This document shows, one piece after another, positions 60,230 to 64,000 of a stretch of 64,000 nt of DNA. The position numbers and the translations under genes were made by a program. Position 1 is the first letter of the stretch. Each line of letters starts with the position of its first letter. Source of the stretch: a virus; the IMG/VR virus record IMGVR_UViG_3300020048_000058; one strand, 5' to 3'. Below the pieces are notes generated by a model, which was not told the origin of the DNA, did not search any database, and saw only the letters and a program-made list of their open reading frames with translations.

Positions 60230-60664
60230 CTATTTTTGAAACCGAAATAAAGAGTCAGCCTTGACAATCTCAATCTCAACACAAAGGGCTTTCAATCTCT
60301 CAAAAGCCACCACCGGATCGGCTTCAAAATCAACTGGACTAGATCCGGTCATCGGAGCGTCGGACACCGCCCCCAATGGCTCAAAGGCACGGGATTTGTT
60401 ATTCCAAAAAAACACTCTGTTAATATGTCGCTCTATTGCTTCCGGTGTTTCGAGAAAACAATAGATAAGTCCTGCGACAATAGCCTGCCTGACATCGGTT
60501 CTGAATCGCCTTTTATCGAGTTTAATTGTCCATAATTCAGATAGAAATTCCTCGTCGGTTTCTACATCATACCAAAGGCACTCACAGGAAAATGTATGTA
60601 GGTCGTTGTCGTGAATCTTTGGGGTAGTTTGAAAGCCTTTTTTAGCGAGTTTAGTTGTTTTCAT
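60230..60664 (-). CDS. hypothetical protein (144 aa)
   Basis: ORF overlapping the 3' end of the C5-methyltransferase gene by 14 nt. Confidence 0.55.
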   Translation of the reverse strand: MKTTKLAKKGFQTTPKIHDNDLHTFSCECLWYDVETDEEFLSELWTIKLDKRRFRTDVRQAIVAGLIYCFLETPEAIERHINRVFFWNNKSRAFEPLGAVSDAPMTGSSPVDFEADPVVAFERLKALCVEIEIVKADSLFRFQK

Positions 60665-61694
60665 GGTTAATTGATTTTAAGATTGCCAGACCTAATTCTT
60701 TAGCCAACAACGGGGGGACGGCATTCCCGATGATTTGCTGAGTCAGGGTTTTTGATTCTGAGAATTTGTAATCATCGGGAAAAGTTTGCAGCCGTGCCGT
60801 CGCCCGTTGGTTGATTCGTTTAATTTGACTTCCCTGTACGATGTCCGCCCAATGGGTAGAGACACCCGCCATAGCTCTAATTGTTGGACAAGGCTTGTTT
60901 TGTGGAGTCGGTAAAATATTCTTGATACAGGCTCCCGCACGGGGGATTAACAAAACGGGTGAATGGGAATTACAGTGACCCGATACGATAGTAAAACTTG
61001 GATCGTTTGACTCCCGAACTGTAGCCTGTCTAATGAGTTGTTTACCAATATCAATTAAGGCTTTTTCTGGCAAATAACCCAGTTCATTCAGTCGTTTAAT
61101 CTGCCAGTCTGCAAGTTCGCAGTCCTGCATTTCTGGGATTAAATCACTAATGGCTTGATACCATCCCTTTTTAGGTTTTGATTCGGGGAAATAGGGGAGG
61201 GGTTCTGAATTTTTAACTGCCCACATAATCAACCGTTTCCGATTTTGGGGAACCCCATAATCCGCCGCGTCTAAAATTAACCAATGATAGCGATATCCGT
61301 TACGGATCAATGATTGTAGGATTTTCTCAAAAGTTGGTGATTTTGAATATCCTGGGACGTTTTCAAGAATCACCCATCGAGGGGATAATATGGCAATATA
61401 ATCACAGCAATAAAGCCCCGCATCTTTATCTTTATGGTCAGGAATATCACCCCGCCGTGCGTTTGAATATTGTTGACAGGGGGGACTCATCCAAAGTAGA
61501 TCAACCCGCTCCATGAGATGAGTGCGAATTTCGCCAACACAAGAGTTGAATACTTTGGTATTGGGAAAATTTAATCGTGCTACTTCTGCAATTTTAGGAT
61601 CTCGCTCAATCCCCCAAATGGACTTAAAACCTGCGGCTTCTAACCCCTTATCTGCACCGCCTCCGCCCATGAATAATGTTGCGAATGTTGGCAT
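60651..61694 (-). CDS. DNA (cytosine-5)-methyltransferase
   Basis: Motif I is FATLFMGGGGADKG, motif IV is MSPPCQQYS, motif VI is ILENVPG, motif VIII is QNRKRL and motif X is GNAVPPLL. Confidence 0.9.
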   Translation of the reverse strand: MPTFATLFMGGGGADKGLEAAGFKSIWGIERDPKIAEVARLNFPNTKVFNSCVGEIRTHLMERVDLLWMSPPCQQYSNARRGDIPDHKDKDAGLYCCDYIAILSPRWVILENVPGYSKSPTFEKILQSLIRNGYRYHWLILDAADYGVPQNRKRLIMWAVKNSEPLPYFPESKPKKGWYQAISDLIPEMQDCELADWQIKRLNELGYLPEKALIDIGKQLIRQATVRESNDPSFTIVSGHCNSHSPVLLIPRAGACIKNILPTPQNKPCPTIRAMAGVSTHWADIVQGSQIKRINQRATARLQTFPDDYKFSESKTLTQQIIGNAVPPLLAKELGLAILKSINHENN

Positions 61695-62263
61695 TAGAAA
61701 CCCTCCTCAACAATTGTTAAGCCACAGCCGGGAAGTAATAAATTAGGATCGTTTGATGAACTCAACACCACCATTCCAGAGGGTAAGCATTCTTTTACAG
61801 TGAGGATTACATTGCCAAAATTCTTGTCTGTAGTTTTGACATGATCGCCTTTCTGGAAAGCGTAATTTCCGAGGGGGATTTGTTCCCCTTTGACCATCTG
61901 AATAAATAGTTTTATCTTGTCCGAGTTAAGAGATTCAGTTCCTTTTGCCCACTGAATCTTGATTTTATTTCCCCGGCACATAATCACCCGCCCGATGTAA
62001 CGGCTATCCTTTTTTAGTTGCACAATATCAGTTTTTTTGTAGGGGGATGAATCGGAAATCTCCTCAAAGTCTAGGGTTTCTGATCTGTGCCAACTTCCGG
62101 TTTTTTCGTTAGTTACTTGACAGGTTTGTTTTAATACATTGAAACTTTCAACTCGCCATGCTGTACCTCCTATTAGATAAGATGGGCGGCGTTTATGTGG
62201 GTCAATCTCTACCCACTCACCAACTTTTAAAACTCTTTCAAATATCTTGGTTGTTGCGGTCAT
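61694..62263 (-). CDS. hypothetical protein (189 aa)
   Basis: The ORF ends where the methyltransferase gene starts. It may contain repeated small beta-barrel-like segments; its function is unknown. Confidence 0.5.
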   Translation of the reverse strand: MTATTKIFERVLKVGEWVEIDPHKRRPSYLIGGTAWRVESFNVLKQTCQVTNEKTGSWHRSETLDFEEISDSSPYKKTDIVQLKKDSRYIGRVIMCRGNKIKIQWAKGTESLNSDKIKLFIQMVKGEQIPLGNYAFQKGDHVKTTDKNFGNVILTVKECLPSGMVVLSSSNDPNLLLPGCGLTIVEEGF

Positions 62264-62283
62264 GTTATTGATTCCTTACGTTT

Positions 62284-62478
62284 TTAAAAGTTGAAAAGAT
62301 TTTTCAGCTTAACTCTTTTTTGTCTATCAAGAGGGTTTCCAGTCCGATAAACAATCTCAATAGTTGTAAATCGAAACTCACAAACTGGGCATTTTCGTCT
62401 TCGGGTTTCCCCTACTTGTCGATCCTTTCTCGTAGCTAAAACGGATGTTTTATTGTGCTTACATTTGGGGCAATCCAT
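62284..62478 (-). CDS. NrdR-like zinc-ribbon protein lacking the ATP-cone
   Basis: MDCPKCKHNKTSVLATRKDRQVGETRRRKCPVCEFRFTTIE matches the NrdR N-terminal ribbon (M.CP.C…T.V.D(S/T)R……RRRR.C..C..RFTT.E). The protein is only 64 aa. Confidence 0.6.
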   Translation of the reverse strand: MDCPKCKHNKTSVLATRKDRQVGETRRRKCPVCEFRFTTIEIVYRTGNPLDRQKRVKLKNLFNF

Positions 62479-62481
62479 ATC

Positions 62482-63792
62482 CTAATAAGACCTCGCCATA
62501 TTCTTGAACTGAGTAAACTGGGAATCAAATAATAACTTAACCGTTCCGGTGGGGCCGTTGCGATGTTTGGTTAAAATAATTTCAGCTACCCCTGCTTCTG
62601 AACTGTTGGGATTATAGTAATCATCTCGGTAAATCATCATTATCAAATCCGCGTCCTGTTCCGTTGATCCCGATTCTCTCAAGTCGGACATCATTGGGCG
62701 TTTATTAGTACGAGATTCAACACTTCGATTTAACTGAGATAAGACAATAACAGGGACGTTTAAATCTTTTGCCATTCCCTTTAATCCCCGTGTAATTCTT
62801 GACAATTCCTGCACACGGTTATCGCTTCCCCCATCCATTAATTGCAGATAATCTATTAGGATTAAGCCTAATCCATCGTTTTCGGCTTGCAGTTTTTGAG
62901 CTTTTTTCTTAATTTCATTGACCGTAGGGTTCGATGTGTCATCAATATAAATCGGCAATTCTGCTAACTTGCTAATCGCCTCTGTTAACGGCTCCCATTC
63001 TTCCTGTTGGATATTTCCCGACCGCAGCCGAGTCGATTCGATTTTTGCTTCACCCGCTAACAACCTTTGGACTAACTGACCTTTGGACATTTCTAAACTG
63101 AACACCGCAACGGGTAGCCCTTTTTTAGCGATCTTAAAACCGAACTGGACTGCTAAGGCTGTTTTGCCCATTGACGGTCTACCAGCCACAATAATTAAGT
63201 CCGACCGTTGAAAACCCCCAGTCATTGCATCCAAATCATAAAATCCAGAGGGAACACCGGGCGGGATTTTACTTTCACTCCGATCTTCTATTTCTTGAAA
63301 GGCATCGATCAGGGTTTCACCAATCGAAACTAAATCCTCTGAGGATTTGCCCTGGGAAATATTGGCAATTTGTTCTTCTGATTTTTGAATTACAGTTTCT
63401 AAAGGTTGACTGGTATCTTCTGCTAGTTTGATAATTTCGTAAGCAGATTCAATCAGGTTTCTTCGGGTTTGTTTATCCGAGATTAATAGACCGTATTGAT
63501 CAATATTAACCGCCGAAACGGTAGACTCGACAAGTTGGGTTAATCCTAATTGTCCTCCGACTTTGTCAAGTAATTTATGATCGGATAACCAAGTTGTGAC
63601 GGTCATCAAATCCGTGGGTTTTCCCTCAGAATGCAGGGTTAATACTGCCTTGTAAATCGTTTGATGCGATCGCAGGGAGAATGATTCAGGTTGCAACATT
63701 TCTGCAACTCGACCAATGGCTTCTGGGTCTAATAGAATCCCCCCTAAAACGGCTTGTTCTGCCTCGACATTTTCCATGATTACTGTTTCCAT
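62482..63792 (-). CDS. dnaB: replicative DNA helicase DnaB
   Basis: The N-terminus AEQAVLGGILLDPEAI is DnaB-like. Walker A is GRPSMGKTALAV, Walker B is LILIDYLQLM, and SQLNRSVESR is present. Confidence 0.9.
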   Translation of the reverse strand: METVIMENVEAEQAVLGGILLDPEAIGRVAEMLQPESFSLRSHQTIYKAVLTLHSEGKPTDLMTVTTWLSDHKLLDKVGGQLGLTQLVESTVSAVNIDQYGLLISDKQTRRNLIESAYEIIKLAEDTSQPLETVIQKSEEQIANISQGKSSEDLVSIGETLIDAFQEIEDRSESKIPPGVPSGFYDLDAMTGGFQRSDLIIVAGRPSMGKTALAVQFGFKIAKKGLPVAVFSLEMSKGQLVQRLLAGEAKIESTRLRSGNIQQEEWEPLTEAISKLAELPIYIDDTSNPTVNEIKKKAQKLQAENDGLGLILIDYLQLMDGGSDNRVQELSRITRGLKGMAKDLNVPVIVLSQLNRSVESRTNKRPMMSDLRESGSTEQDADLIMMIYRDDYYNPNSSEAGVAEIILTKHRNGPTGTVKLLFDSQFTQFKNMARSY

Positions 63793-63793
63793 T

Positions 63794-64000
63794 ATTTCGC
63801 TCCGTTTAAGTTTTTACTCATTTTTGTGGCGATCAAATCATTCAGAAGTTGTTGATTTTTTAATTTTTGTTCCTCTGAAAGCTGCGGCTTGAGTCCATCG
63901 GGTTTGAACTCGATTTGTTCAGGGGGAATCACCATGACAGGGCGGTTAAATTCCTTGGGCGCTTTTCGGTACGCTTGCCAGTGGGTCTTAAAATCGAAGT
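63794..64000 (-). CDS. 3' end of an upstream gene that continues beyond the window
   Basis: The open minus-strand frame reads …HWQAYRKAPKEFNRPVMVIPPEQIEFKPDGLKPQLSEEQKLKNQQLLNDLIATKMSKNLNGAK stop. The stop lies next to the dnaB start. Confidence 0.4.

Noticed and set aside
1-64000. Prophage boundaries, integrase or att sites, or cas1/cas2/cas4 adaptation genes
   Set aside because: No ORF in the track shows tyrosine or serine recombinase motifs or Cas1/Cas2/Cas4 motifs. Their absence from this window says nothing about the rest of the genome.

Overview
This 64-kb window reads as a segment of a tailed cyanophage or prophage genome. It looks AT-rich by eye. The cyanobacterial HIP1 octamer GCGATCGC occurs at least 18 times by eye. 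No integrase or att boundary is visible, so free phage and prophage cannot be told apart.

Layout:
- 73-1165: a DinD-like fragment followed by a GIY-YIG homing endonuclease.
- 1445-35296: a long minus-strand virion block. It holds an 1875-aa tape-measure-like protein, scaffold/protease-like, decoration-like and major-capsid-like genes, small connector ORFs, a Mu gpG-like morphogenesis protein and a portal.
- 35391-48698: a plus-strand block with the large terminase, large structural proteins, two fibre-like proteins and three small membrane proteins.
- 48865-64000: a DNA/nucleotide-metabolism and host-takeover block. It holds N6-adenine and C5-cytosine methyltransferases, an unlisted 54-aa NblA, thymidylate kinase, a PAPS-reductase-like protein, ThyX, an NrdR-like zinc ribbon and DnaB.

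Two systems stand out.
1. A minimal phage-borne CRISPR locus (57547-60028). It has 11 x 37-bp repeats and 10 spacers. The array starts 19 bp after the stop codon of a 557-aa TnpB/Cas12-like protein with intact RuvC D-E-D and zinc-finger motifs. No cas1, cas2 or cas4 is present. A 20-nt anti-repeat lies 1 nt upstream of the nuclease start codon.
2. A family of at least 9 paralogous genes plus one relic (7856-17615 and 23466-32760) that brackets the head module. Members share a ~110-aa N-terminal module and a four-Cys motif. Their C-termini are swapped: three HExxH metallopeptidases, two GNAT acetyltransferases, a triple-tandem ADP-ribosyltransferase, a frameshifted ADP-ribosyltransferase and large unknown domains. 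I interpret this as a polymorphic arsenal of virion-delivered effectors.

Smaller observations:
- two tandem-repeat arrays that share an ACAAGGTT core;
- a covarying hairpin upstream of two paralogous genes;
- a 49-bp direct repeat bracketing one effector gene;
- a 28-unit pentapeptide repeat in the tape-measure-like protein.

All family assignments rest on motifs I recognise by eye. No database search was run.
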